In this document: positions 9,523 to 20,708 of the stretch, piece after piece
How positions within the stretch are numbered: position 1 is the stretch's first letter
How the letters are laid out: each line of letters opens with the position of its first letter
DNA from: an uncultured Chloroflexia bacterium
GTDB lineage: Bacteria; Chloroflexota; Dehalococcoidia; DSTF01; JALHUB01
DNA length: 64,000 bases
Assembly: GCA_963726245.1 (NCBI GenBank)
Contig: CAVSBT010000030.1
Coordinates: 168,295-232,294, forward strand
Direction: 5' to 3'
Position numbers and translations under genes: made by a program
Notes under the pieces: model-generated
Databases searched by the model: none
What the model saw: the letters and a program-made list of their open reading frames with translations, nothing else
What the model was told of the DNA's origin: nothing

Positions 9523-10272
9523 ATGGTTAGCACGCCGGTTGTCATCGATGCCGCCGGGCTCCACTACAGCGAGCTGAACCACTCGCTGCGGGAGGCCGTT
9601 CTCGCCGGCCAGCGCCACATCGAGGTGCGCAACGTCTACGGCCAGCGCTACATCGGCACCAACCTCGCCGCGCCGGTTCACCTGGAGGTCTTCGGGACGC
9701 CCGGCAACGACCTGGGCGCCTTCATGGACGGGCCGACGATCGTCGTTCACGGCAACGCCCAGGACGGCTGCGGCAACACCATGAACGAGGGCCAGATCGT
9801 GGTGCACGGACGGGCCGGGGACATCACCGGCCTCTCCGCCCGCGGCGGCAAGATCTTCATCCGCGACGGCGTGGGCTACCGGGTAGGCATCCACATGAAG
9901 GAATACGAGGCCAAACGCCCCTGCCTGGTGGTCGGCGGCACGGCGCAGGACTTCCTGGGCGAGTACATGGCCGGCGGCGTGCTGGTCGTGCTGGGGCTGG
10001 AGCTACGAGAAGGCGAGCCGCACCGCGCCCGCTTCATCGGCACCGGCATGCACGGCGGCGTCATCTACCTGCGAGGTCAGGTCGAGCAGCAGCAGCTAGG
10101 CCGCGAGGTGGGCGTCGCCGAGCTCGATGACGATGACCGCGCCACGCTCGAAGGGCTGGTGCGCGAGTTCTGCCACCACTTCGGCCACAACGAGCGCCAG
10201 ATCCTCGACGCGGAGTTCGTGAAGCTCTTCCCCCTCTACCTGCGTCCCTACGGAAGACTCTACGCCTACTAG
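9523..10272 (+). CDS. Glutamate synthase GXGXG beta-helix subunit (GltB3-like)
   Basis: GQRYIG, GTPGNDLGAFMDG and GEYMAGG repeats. Confidence 0.92.
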   Translation: MVSTPVVIDAAGLHYSELNHSLREAVLAGQRHIEVRNVYGQRYIGTNLAAPVHLEVFGTPGNDLGAFMDGPTIVVHGNAQDGCGNTMNEGQIVVHGRAGDITGLSARGGKIFIRDGVGYRVGIHMKEYEAKRPCLVVGGTAQDFLGEYMAGGVLVVLGLELREGEPHRARFIGTGMHGGVIYLRGQVEQQQLGREVGVAELDDDDRATLEGLVREFCHHFGHNERQILDAEFVKLFPLYLRPYGRLYAY

Positions 10273-10300
10273 CGGCGAACATCCCACGACGAGACCCAAC

Positions 10301-10332
10301 AAGAGGCCGGGCCCTAGCGGGTCCGGCCTCTT
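10301..10332. terminator. Bidirectional terminator hairpin
   Basis: AAGAGGCCGG...CCGGCCTCTT between convergent gltB3 and acs. Confidence 0.75.
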
Positions 10333-10366
10333 AGCGTTTCGGTCTGGCGACCTAATGAGGAGGTGG

Positions 10367-12282
<1,916 letters not shown>

Positions 12283-12732
12283 GCTTGTGTGTCTCCTTTG
12301 TGCTGTTACGCTGCAATGGCGGGGCTGCAGGCTATTTCAGGCTGCCGCCGTGAAGGGGCGGTCAGCGAGTCTCCGATCCAAGGGCGGATCCCGGTCGAAG
12401 ACACGGTGCCATGTCCTCGACCAAGGGCCGCGACGGTCCTCTGCTTCCCAGACCCCCCCGGGTCCCGCAGCAAGCGGTCGTTTGTCTGAGAGTATCGCTT
12501 CAGGGGCGGCTGCTTACCTTAGTCGGTTGCGGCCTACTCAGTCCTGATAGTATTCCTTTTCACCAAACGGTAAGTCTATCACCCTAAGTGGGCTAGTGGA
12601 AGTCCCCACCTGGCTTCGGGCGGACTCTTCTTGCGGCATGAGCACGACTTGTCTCCGGCGGCGGGCGCGTTATGATGAGGGCCGGTTCCGCCAAGAGGTC
12701 CGGCTGCGTCCGCGCAAGGAGGAGGAGAGGAG

Positions 12733-13221
12733 TTGGACGTCTACACCTGCATCCGCACCAAGAGGGACACCCGCGCCTACGACAGCAGGCACATCGCCGA
12801 GGACGCGCTTCAGCGCATCCTACAGGCCGGCCGCATGGCCGGCAGCGCCAAGAACCTCCAGCCCTGCCGCTTCGTGGTCCTCCAGGACGAGGCCAGGAAG
12901 AAGGAGCTTTCCACCTGCGGCCAGTTCGCCACCCACATCGTCACGGCGCCGGTCGTGGTGGCGGTTGTCGTGCCCCAGGATGGGCGGGAGTTCGACGCCG
13001 GCCGCAGCGCCCAGAACATGATGCTGGCCGCCTGGGCCGAGGGCGTCGCCTCCTGCCCGGTCACCATGCACGACGCCTCATGCGCCCATCGAGTGCTCGG
13101 CCTCCCCGACACGCACCGCGTCTCCATCGTCCTCGCCTTCGGCTACCCAGCGGCAGGCGAGAGACGCCGCCCCAGCCCGCGCCTTCCCCTCGACGAGCTG
13201 GTACACCACGAGCGCTGGTAG
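12733..13221 (+). CDS. Nitroreductase family protein
   Basis: R-x-x-R N-terminus, AGSAKNLQP and AQNMMLAAWAEGVASC; strong RBS before TTG. Confidence 0.9.
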   Translation: MDVYTCIRTKRDTRAYDSRHIAEDALQRILQAGRMAGSAKNLQPCRFVVLQDEARKKELSTCGQFATHIVTAPVVVAVVVPQDGREFDAGRSAQNMMLAAWAEGVASCPVTMHDASCAHRVLGLPDTHRVSIVLAFGYPAAGERRRPSPRLPLDELVHHERW

Positions 13222-13271
13222 GGGCAGAAACCACACCTCGAGGCTCCGAGGCGCAGCGCCCGGCCCCGATG

Positions 13272-14093
13272 TTAGCGGCCCGAAGGCGGCGCGCCGCAGA
13301 ACTCGGCGTAGTCGATGAGAGCTGTGATTGTGGGCTTGTCGCCGCAGACCGGGCAGGAAGGGTTGCGCCGGATGCGCAGGGTGCGGAACTCCATCGTCAG
13401 AGCGTCGAAGACCAGCAGGCGGCCCGCCAGGGACGTGCCGATGCCCAGCAGGAGCTTGATGGTCTCCAGCGCCTGGATGGTCCCTATGATGCCCGGCAGG
13501 ACACCCAGAAGGCCCGTTTGAGCGGCGGGGGGCAACGTGCCCGGCGGCGGCGGCTCCGGGTAGAGGCAGCGGTAGCACCCCTGCCCCGGCAGGAACACCG
13601 TCGCCTGGCCGTCGAAGCGGAAGACGCTGGCCTCGACGATGGGGCGGCCGGTTAGCACGCAGGCATCGTTGACCAAGTAGCGGGTCGGGAAGTTGTCGCA
13701 GGTGCTCATGACGACGTCGTAGCCCGCGATGATCTCCAGAGCGTTGGCGGTGGAGAGGCCCTCGCGATGACGCACCACCTGCACTTCGGGATTGATGTCG
13801 GCGATGGCCTCCGCCGCTGAGTCGACCTTGGGTCGACCCAGGTCGTGGACGTGGTGGAGGATCTGGCGCTGGAGGTTAGAGATGTCCACGTCGTCGAAGT
13901 CAACGAGACCCAAGGTTCCGACGCCGGCCGCCGCCAGGTAGAGGGCGGCAGGCGAGCCCAGCCCGCCTACGCCGACGAGAAGCACCTTGGACTGCAGCAG
14001 CTTGCGCTGGCCCTCGTCGCCAACCTCGGGCAGTAGGACCAGGTGGCGGCTGTATCGACCGGCCTGCTCCTCGGTCCAGTCAGCCTTAGCCAT
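13272..14093 (-). CDS. ThiF/MoeB family adenylyltransferase (no rhodanese domain)
   Basis: RYSRH, VGVGGLGSP, DDVDISNLQRQ, CYRC and CPVC motifs. Confidence 0.93.
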   Translation of the reverse strand: MAKADWTEEQAGRYSRHLVLLPEVGDEGQRKLLQSKVLLVGVGGLGSPAALYLAAAGVGTLGLVDFDDVDISNLQRQILHHVHDLGRPKVDSAAEAIADINPEVQVVRHREGLSTANALEIIAGYDVVMSTCDNFPTRYLVNDACVLTGRPIVEASVFRFDGQATVFLPGQGCYRCLYPEPPPPGTLPPAAQTGLLGVLPGIIGTIQALETIKLLLGIGTSLAGRLLVFDALTMEFRTLRIRRNPSCPVCGDKPTITALIDYAEFCGAPPSGR

Positions 14094-14992
14094 CAGCGGC
14101 CACTCCTCTCCCAAATAGCTCCATAAATGACAGTATCTCGGCGGCGATGGCCTCGCCCTTCTCCTCCTGTAAGAAATGCCCTGCCCCTTCGATGACCTTG
14201 AATTGGGCGCCTGGGATCAGCCCCTGAAAGCGACGACCGGCCTCCACCGGAAAGATGGGATCTTGGTCGCTGAACATCACGAGGGCCGGCTTGTCCCAGC
14301 GGGCCAGCGCCTCCAGCGTCTCCATCATCTCCCGGGCTCCCGGCGCCTCCGCGCTGGTGGGGATGATGGCGGGGAAGGCCCGCGCGCCTGCCTTCGACTC
14401 CGGGTCAGGGAAGGGGGCATCGTAGGCGCGCACGATGTCCTCGGTGGCCAGGTCGCGGTTGTGGAGCCCCTGCTGAACGATGCTTCCCACGGGCAGGTCC
14501 GGCGTCTGCGTCGCGTACTCGCGCCAGGCGCGCATGCCCTCCGGCAAGACGGCGCCCTCCGCAAAGAGCCCTGTGTTCAGGATAACCAGCCGCGCCACGC
14601 GCTCTGGGTGCTGGGTAGCAAAGCGGAGGCCGAGGGGACCCGCCCCAGTCCTGTACGACAACGGTGATGTCGCGCAGGTCCAGCGCCCCGATGAAGCCTT
14701 CCACCACCCGGTAGTGGGCATCGAAGGTGTACTTCTCTATCTCCGTCCACTTGTCGGAGCGGCCAAAGCCCACGTAGTCCGGGGCCACGGCGCGGTGGCG
14801 CCGGGCGATGGGCGGGATCATCTTCCGGTAGAGGTACGACCAGGTGGGCTCGCCGTGGAGCATCAACACCGGCGGGCCCCGACCCTCATCGACGTAGTGG
14901 ACCCGCATCCCCTCGACCTCGACATAGTGGGGCTGGAAGGGGTAGCCGGGCAGGTCCCGGAAGCGCTCGTCGGGAGTGCGGTAAACGGCCAT
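14086..14992 (-). CDS. Haloalkane dehalogenase family alpha/beta hydrolase (frameshift near 14640)
   Basis: RTPDERF, HGEPTWSYLY, GFGRSDK, QDWGG nucleophile motif and AGHFLQE, split over two frames. Confidence 0.9.
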
Positions 14993-15160
14993 TCAACACC
15001 TCGCGATCCACCCTGACCTGTGCCGCTGAGACGATGGTAGGCCAGAGGCGGACAGCAGAGCAACTGCTCAAGGCGATCTCCTATAATGGGCTTGCGGTAA
15101 AGCGGCACGGCGGCCGCCAGCGAGACGCCGCATTCCATCACGTCAAAGGAGGATACTGCA

Positions 15161-15550
15161 ATGCCGGCCAAGATCTCAGAGGATATCAGGAAGCTGCTGG
15201 AGGCTCCCAACTTCGCCAGCCTGGCCACCCTGATGCCGGACGGCTCGCCCCAGGTCAGCCCGGTCTGGGTGGACTTCGACGGGACGTACATCCTGGTCAA
15301 CACGGCCGAGGGCCGCCAGAAGCCCCGCAACGTGCGCCATGACCCGCGAGTCGCCCTATCGATCTTCGACCACCAGAACCCTTACACTGCCGCCACCGTG
15401 CGCGGCCGTGTGGTGGAGATCACCCACGACGGCGCCGATCAGCACATCGATCGCATGGCGAAGAAGTATCTGGGCCGCGACATCTACCCATTCCGCCAGC
15501 CGGGCGAGCGCCGCGTCATCTTCAAGATCGAGCCTGAGCACGTCACTTGA
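15161..15550 (+). CDS. PPOX class F420-dependent oxidoreductase
   Basis: ATLMPDGSPQVSPVW and KPRNVRHDPRVALS motifs. Confidence 0.9.
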   Translation: MPAKISEDIRKLLEAPNFASLATLMPDGSPQVSPVWVDFDGTYILVNTAEGRQKPRNVRHDPRVALSIFDHQNPYTAATVRGRVVEITHDGADQHIDRMAKKYLGRDIYPFRQPGERRVIFKIEPEHVT

Positions 15551-15606
15551 TGGGGGGTTAAGCCCCCGACAAATGCAGGACATAATAGGGAGAACGGAGT
15601 AGAATA

Positions 15607-15713
15607 GGGGACACTGTCTCCGGTCGAGCTTCCAGCTTAGGGAGAGGCTCCGGGGGCAGCGGCGACTGTACACCCTAAGATTGTGAGTCGCGCTCGGCGG
15701 AGGCACTATCCCC
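15607..15713 (+). ncRNA. Candidate structured leader RNA upstream of the abfD-like gene
   Basis: Four nested helices plus a possible 6-bp pseudoknot (see findings); not matched by eye to a known riboswitch. Confidence 0.35.
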
Positions 15714-15747
15714 CGTCCCGCGCGACGGACACAGGAGGTCACAGGTC

Positions 15748-17178
15748 ATGATCACTTCTGAGCAGTATCGGGAGCGTCTGCTCGGCATGAGGCCGAACGT
15801 CTACATCGACGGGGAGGTCGTCCCTCGCGACGACCCGCGCATGCTCCCCGGGGTCAACGTCACCGCCCTCACCTACGACCTGGCCCGCGATGCCGAGCTG
15901 GAACCGCTCACCACCGTCACCTCTCACCTCACGGGCGAGACGATTAACCGCTTCTGCCACATCCACCAGAGCGTCGACGACCTGCTGGCCAAGCAGAAGA
16001 TGACGCGCCTCTGCTGTCAGCGCGGCGGAGGCTGCATCCAGCGCTGCATGGGCATCGACGCCATGAACGCCCTCTCCGTCGTCACGTATGACACAGACCA
16101 GGCCATGGGCACCGACTACCACAAGCGCTTCCTCGCCTACCTCGAGTACTTCCAGGCGAACGACATCTGCGCCAACTGCGCCCAGACCGACGTCAAGGGC
16201 GACCGCAGCAAGCGGCCCCACCAGCAGGCCGACCCTGACCTCTACCTGCGCATCGTCGAGCGGCGCTCCGACGGCATCGTGGTGCGGGGCGCCAAGGCCC
16301 ACAACACCATCGCGCCCCACGCCGACGAGATCATCGCCCTGCCCACCCGCTTCCTCACGGAGGAGGAGAGCGACTGGGCGGTGGCCTTCGCCATCCCCGC
16401 CGACACTGAAGGGGTTCACCTGGTCTGCCGGGCCAGCTCGCCGCGGCCGCGGATGCGCCTGCACGCCCCCATCGCCGAGTACGGCGACGTGGAGTCGCTG
16501 ACCATCTTCGACGACGTCTTCGTGCCCTGGGAGCGGGTCTTCATGGCCGGCGAGCGGCAGTTCGCCGGGCCGCTGGCTCTCCTCTTCGCCCTCTATCACC
16601 GCCACAGCTACACCGGCTGCAAGCCCGCCACCTCCGACGTGCTCATGGGCGCCGCCGCCCTGGTCGCCGAGTACAACGGCGTGGAGACGGCCCAGCACGT
16701 CCGCCACAAGCTGGCCGACCTCATCGGAGTGGCGGAGTTGGTCTACGCCGCCGGCATCGCCGGGGCGGTCACCGGCAAGCGGGCCCCCTCCGGCACCTAC
16801 GTTCCCGATGTCATCTACTGCAACGTGGGCCGCCGCCACGCTGGCGAGAACATCTACCATGAGACCGAGATCCTGGCGGACCTGGCGGGCGGGCTGGCCG
16901 CTACCCTGCCGACGGAGGGCGACTTCTACAACGAGGTCACCGGTCCCCTGCTCGAGAAGTACATGATGCGCAACCCCAAGATCTCGGCCGAGAACCAGCA
17001 CCGCTGCTTCCGCATGATCGGTGACCTCATCTGCTCGGGGCTGGGAGGCGTGAAACAGATCGCCGGGCTTCACGGCGGCGGCTCGCCGGTGATGGAGACC
17101 ATCGCCCTCCTGGGCAACTACGATCTGGAGGCGAAGAAGGCCATCGCCCGCCGCCTGGCCGGCATCGACCGCGACTAG
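15748..17178 (+). CDS. 4-hydroxybutyryl-CoA dehydratase (AbfD)-like FAD/[4Fe-4S] protein
   Basis: CIQRCMG, QTDVKGDRS, GAKAH and HRHSYTGCK iron-sulfur ligand motifs. Confidence 0.88.
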   Translation: MITSEQYRERLLGMRPNVYIDGEVVPRDDPRMLPGVNVTALTYDLARDAELEPLTTVTSHLTGETINRFCHIHQSVDDLLAKQKMTRLCCQRGGGCIQRCMGIDAMNALSVVTYDTDQAMGTDYHKRFLAYLEYFQANDICANCAQTDVKGDRSKRPHQQADPDLYLRIVERRSDGIVVRGAKAHNTIAPHADEIIALPTRFLTEEESDWAVAFAIPADTEGVHLVCRASSPRPRMRLHAPIAEYGDVESLTIFDDVFVPWERVFMAGERQFAGPLALLFALYHRHSYTGCKPATSDVLMGAAALVAEYNGVETAQHVRHKLADLIGVAELVYAAGIAGAVTGKRAPSGTYVPDVIYCNVGRRHAGENIYHETEILADLAGGLAATLPTEGDFYNEVTGPLLEKYMMRNPKISAENQHRCFRMIGDLICSGLGGVKQIAGLHGGGSPVMETIALLGNYDLEAKKAIARRLAGIDRD

Positions 17179-17208
17179 CAGCGCCCATCAGCGCAACCGA
17201 CACGAAGA

Positions 17209-17232
17209 GAGGGCGGCCCAACGGCCGCCCTC
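17209..17232. terminator. Hairpin between convergent genes
   Basis: GAGGGCGGCC-caac-GGCCGCCCTC. Confidence 0.7.
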
Positions 17233-17255
17233 CTCTGATTCAGCGCTTCCCCTCT

Positions 17256-19139
17256 TTAGGCGGCCCGGGCCCGATTCTCCGCCTTCAGTATCTTGACGAA
17301 GATGTCGACGAGGCGGGGGTCGAACCTGGTGCCAGCGCCGGCCTCGAACTCGGCGATGATCTCGTCTGCGGAGAGCGCCTTGCGGTACGGCCGGTCCAGA
17401 CACATCGCGGAGTAGGCATCGGCAATGGCCATGACGCGGCCCAGCAGCGGGATGTCCTCGCCCCGGAGACCCCTGGGGTAGCCGCTACCGTCGTAGCTCT
17501 CGTGGTGACAGCCCACCGCCTGGATGACATCCTCCAAGAAGGGCGCCTCCCGGATCAGCATCTCGCCGACCAGGGGATGACGCTTGATCACGTCATACTC
17601 CTCGCTAGTCAGCGGGCCGGGCTTCTTCAGGATATCGTCGGGGACGACGAGCTTGCCGACGTCGTGCAGTACACCGGCGATGCGTGTCGCCCGCACCGCC
17701 CCGTCGGAGAGGCCAGCCCGAAGCGATAGCTTCGCGGCGTACTCGGCCACCAGGTCGCTATGGGTCTTGGTGTAGCGGTCGCGGTACTGGATAGCCTGCA
17801 CCAGGCCGTCCAGGGTGGCAAAAACGCTCTCGACGCGCTCATCACCCGCGGCCACCACGCGGGGCCCCTGGCGGTCGACTGCCACCAGCCGCTTGGCCTC
17901 GTAGGTGGCGGCGTCGGCCACGGCCAGCAGGTGGTCCTTGGACTCGGTGTCCTCAGGGAAAGACGCCAGGCCCACTGACAGGCTGACGGGAACCCGCGCT
18001 CCGTCGCTGGCCTGAAACTCAATCTCGCCGACGGCATCCGTCAGGCGGTCGGCGAAGGCCTTCGCCGCCGCTTTGTTGGCGCCCGGGAGTATGACCAGGA
18101 ACGTGTCGCCGCCGTAGCGGCTCAGTATCCCCGAGTCGCCGCTGATCCGCCGGAGAACCCCTGCCACCAGCCTCAGCACCTCGTCGCCGAGCGCATGTCC
18201 GTAGGTATCGTTGAACAGCTTGAACCCGGCAATGTCGCCGAGGAGGATGGAAAGCGGCTCACCTCGGGAGGACGCCCGCTCGAAAGCCTCGTCCAGGGAG
18301 ACGTGACCGTAGCGGTGGTTCAGAAGTCCGGTGATTGGATCCGTGGTGGCCTGCGTCTCCATCTCGTCCGCCATGGCGTTGAAGGAGCGGGCCAGCTCCC
18401 CCAGGTGGCCCTTGCTGAGAGTGGGTGCCCGCAAGCTTATCTCGCCTTCGCGAATGCGGCGGGTAGTGGAGGTCAACTCGGCCAGCGGCCTCTTGATGAA
18501 GGCGCGAAGAGCAAGCCATAGGGCCAGCCATAAGCCGACGACGAGTGCACCGCCCATGAGCGCATTCGCGAGCACAATGGCCATCGCGTCCTCGTGCAGA
18601 CCCGGCATGTCGACACGCACCCTGGCAACGCCGGAGATCTGGCCCCCCGAGTCCGTCACCCCTGTCCAGTATTCCTCCTCGAACTCGCCACCTCTCAAGA
18701 GTTGGAGCAGGGTAAGTTCGCCCACACGGCGGCCACCCTCCGACCCCGAGTCCACCGCCCAGATGAAGGACGAGCTGAAGCCCTGGAGCGCCTCTTGCAT
18801 GGGCGCCAGGTCCGCCCGTGACGGCGCCGACCCGGGGCTCGTCGTCAAGAGGCGGCTGCCATCCGGTGCGTAGGCCTCCAGAAGAGTGATATTGGCGACC
18901 TTGGCTGCAGCGAGGCTCTGCAGTTCATCGAGGGAAAGGGGTAAGGCGCCGCTCTCCGCGTAGGACGGCGCGTACTTACCAGCCAGGACCTCTGCAACCG
19001 TGTAGAGCGCACGGCTGGATTGCTGTGCTTCTTGTACTCGCTGGTCTACCTGGCGCTTGATCGATACGACGCTGCCGACCACGACAATGCTCAGCGCGAC
19101 GATCATGACCGAGAGCCAGACCTTCGTCGTTAGGTGCAA
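17256..19139 (-). CDS. Membrane sensor with HAMP, degenerate GGDEF and HD-GYP domains
   Basis: Two hydrophobic segments, HAMP (RPLAEL...LARSFNAMA), RYGGDTF, HDVGK and HHESYDGSGYP. Confidence 0.9.
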   Translation of the reverse strand: MHLTTKVWLSVMIVALSIVVVGSVVSIKRQVDQRVQEAQQSSRALYTVAEVLAGKYAPSYAESGALPLSLDELQSLAAAKVANITLLEAYAPDGSRLLTTSPGSAPSRADLAPMQEALQGFSSSFIWAVDSGSEGGRRVGELTLLQLLRGGEFEEEYWTGVTDSGGQISGVARVRVDMPGLHEDAMAIVLANALMGGALVVGLWLALWLALRAFIKRPLAELTSTTRRIREGEISLRAPTLSKGHLGELARSFNAMADEMETQATTDPITGLLNHRYGHVSLDEAFERASSRGEPLSILLGDIAGFKLFNDTYGHALGDEVLRLVAGVLRRISGDSGILSRYGGDTFLVILPGANKAAAKAFADRLTDAVGEIEFQASDGARVPVSLSVGLASFPEDTESKDHLLAVADAATYEAKRLVAVDRQGPRVVAAGDERVESVFATLDGLVQAIQYRDRYTKTHSDLVAEYAAKLSLRAGLSDGAVRATRIAGVLHDVGKLVVPDDILKKPGPLTSEEYDVIKRHPLVGEMLIREAPFLEDVIQAVGCHHESYDGSGYPRGLRGEDIPLLGRVMAIADAYSAMCLDRPYRKALSADEIIAEFEAGAGTRFDPRLVDIFVKILKAENRARAA

Positions 19140-19220
19140 GAACGCACCTTCCCACCCGTCCCCACGCGCTACGAACCCGCCAGTCGGCTAACAGACGCCA
19201 ACGGCTTAGTCCTCTTGGCA

Positions 19221-19248
19221 TTATCGGCTGTCGCGAAGGCAACAATTA
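19221..19248 (-). promoter_or_regulatory. Sigma28-like promoter
   Basis: Exact GCCGATAA -10 element with TAAT 16 nt upstream, about 80 nt before the start. Confidence 0.55.
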
Positions 19249-19364
19249 GGGAACGGAGGGCGTACGCCAAACGGTCGAAACCCCGCGGCGCTTGGCTGTA
19301 GCTGCGCTTCGTCGTATGATGGCGCTCGGAAAATAGAAGCTAAGTACCCGCAAAGGAGCTAACC

Positions 19365-20540
19365 ATGGTTGACTTCGCCCTCTCTGAAGAAGAACGGATG
19401 ATCAGAGATCTGACGCACGAGTTCGCGGAAAAGGAGATCCGCCCCGTCGCCGAGTACTACGACGAGCACGAGGGGGAGTACCCGACCCCCGTAATCAAGA
19501 AGGCCGCCGAGTTGGGCCTGAGCCATGGGCGTCTTCGGTGGTGCCGGTGGCATTAGCGGCGTCCTCATCGTCGAGGAGCTGTCATGGGGCTGCTCTGGCA
19601 TCGCGCTGGCCATCGTCTCCAGCGGCCTCGCCGCCGCGGCCATCCACGCCATGGGCACGGACGAGCAGAAGGCCAAGTTCCTGCCCATGTGCGTGAGCAC
19701 AGAGGATGAGATCCGCATTGGCGCCTACGGCCTGACCGAGCCTGAGGCAGGGTCCGATGTCGCCAATCTCTCCACCACCGCCGTCCGCGATGGCGACTTC
19801 TACGTCCTCAACGGCACCAAGCGCTTCATCACGAACGGTGGCATCGCCGACGTGCACGTGATCTACGCCACTGAGGACAAGAGCAAGGGCTGGGGCGGCC
19901 TGTGCGCCTTCGCCATCGAGAAAGGCACGCCGGGGCTGACTGAGGGCACGGTGTGGAAGAAGATGGGCATTCGCGCCTCCCACACCTCCGACGTCATCCT
20001 GGACGATTGCCGGGTCCCGGCGGGGAACCGTCTCGGAGACCCGCCCGGCCAGGCCAGGGAAGGCCAGCCGCCCGCGGCGCCTTTGGAGCGCTGACCGCTC
20101 TGGAGCGCACGCGGCCCGTCATCGGCTCCTTCGCCCTCGGCATAGGCCGCGCCGCCCTCGAGTACGCGGTGAACTACGCGAAGGAGCGCATCCAGTTCGG
20201 CAAGCCCATCGCCACAAGGCAGGCCATCGCCTTCAAGCTGGCGGACATGGCGATTGAGATAGACGCCGCCCGCATGCTCATCTGGCGCGCCGCCTGGATG
20301 GCCACAACCGGCGTCCCCTTCCTGCGGGCCGAGGGCAGCATGGCCAAGTGCTACCCTTCGGACGTGGCCATGCGGGTGACCATCGACGCCCTCCAGATCC
20401 TCGGGGGCTACGGCTACATGCGGGAGTTCCCAGTGGAGAAGTGGGTGCGCGACGCCAAGATCTTCCAGATCTTCGAGGGCACCAACGAGATCCAGCGCAT
20501 CGTCATCTCGCGCGCCCTCATCGGGTCCAAACTGAGCTAG
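19365..20540 (+). CDS. Acyl-CoA dehydrogenase (frameshifts near 19525 and 20075)
   Basis: GLTEPEAGSD, NGTKRFITNG, GGYGYMREFPVEKWVRDAK and FEGTNEIQR across three frames. Confidence 0.92.
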
Positions 20541-20568
20541 CAGACTGCTGGCGCAAAGACGTGAAGGC

Positions 20569-20608
20569 CGGACCCCGGGCTTTTCGAGCCCGGGGTCCGC
20601 TTTCCCTT
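20569..20608 (+). terminator. Intrinsic terminator
   Basis: CGGACCCCGGGCT-tttcg-AGCCCGGGGTCCG followed by a pyrimidine run. Confidence 0.75.
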
Positions 20609-20708
20609 CGCGGCCCCCTCGATTCCGGCCCCTTGACCGCCGGGCGGCCCGCGAGCACTCTAGCACGAGAACCGTGAGGTTCACGGCTGAACGGCCGGAG
20701 GGGAGAAG

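Noticed and set aside
12583-12595. 13-mer CCTAAGTGGGCTA repeated at 54772-54784
   Set aside because: Exact 13-mer pairs are expected by chance in 64 kb of GC-biased DNA, and the flanks do not extend the match.
13272-14992. MoeB-dehalogenase pair as a ubiquitin-like or defence system
   Set aside because: No sulfur carrier, JAB or E2 gene nearby; MoeB looks like the ordinary housekeeping type.
15748-17178. Evidence of 3HP/4HB or DC/4HB carbon fixation
   Set aside because: No other cycle genes in the window, and the protein lacks the E455-equivalent residue.
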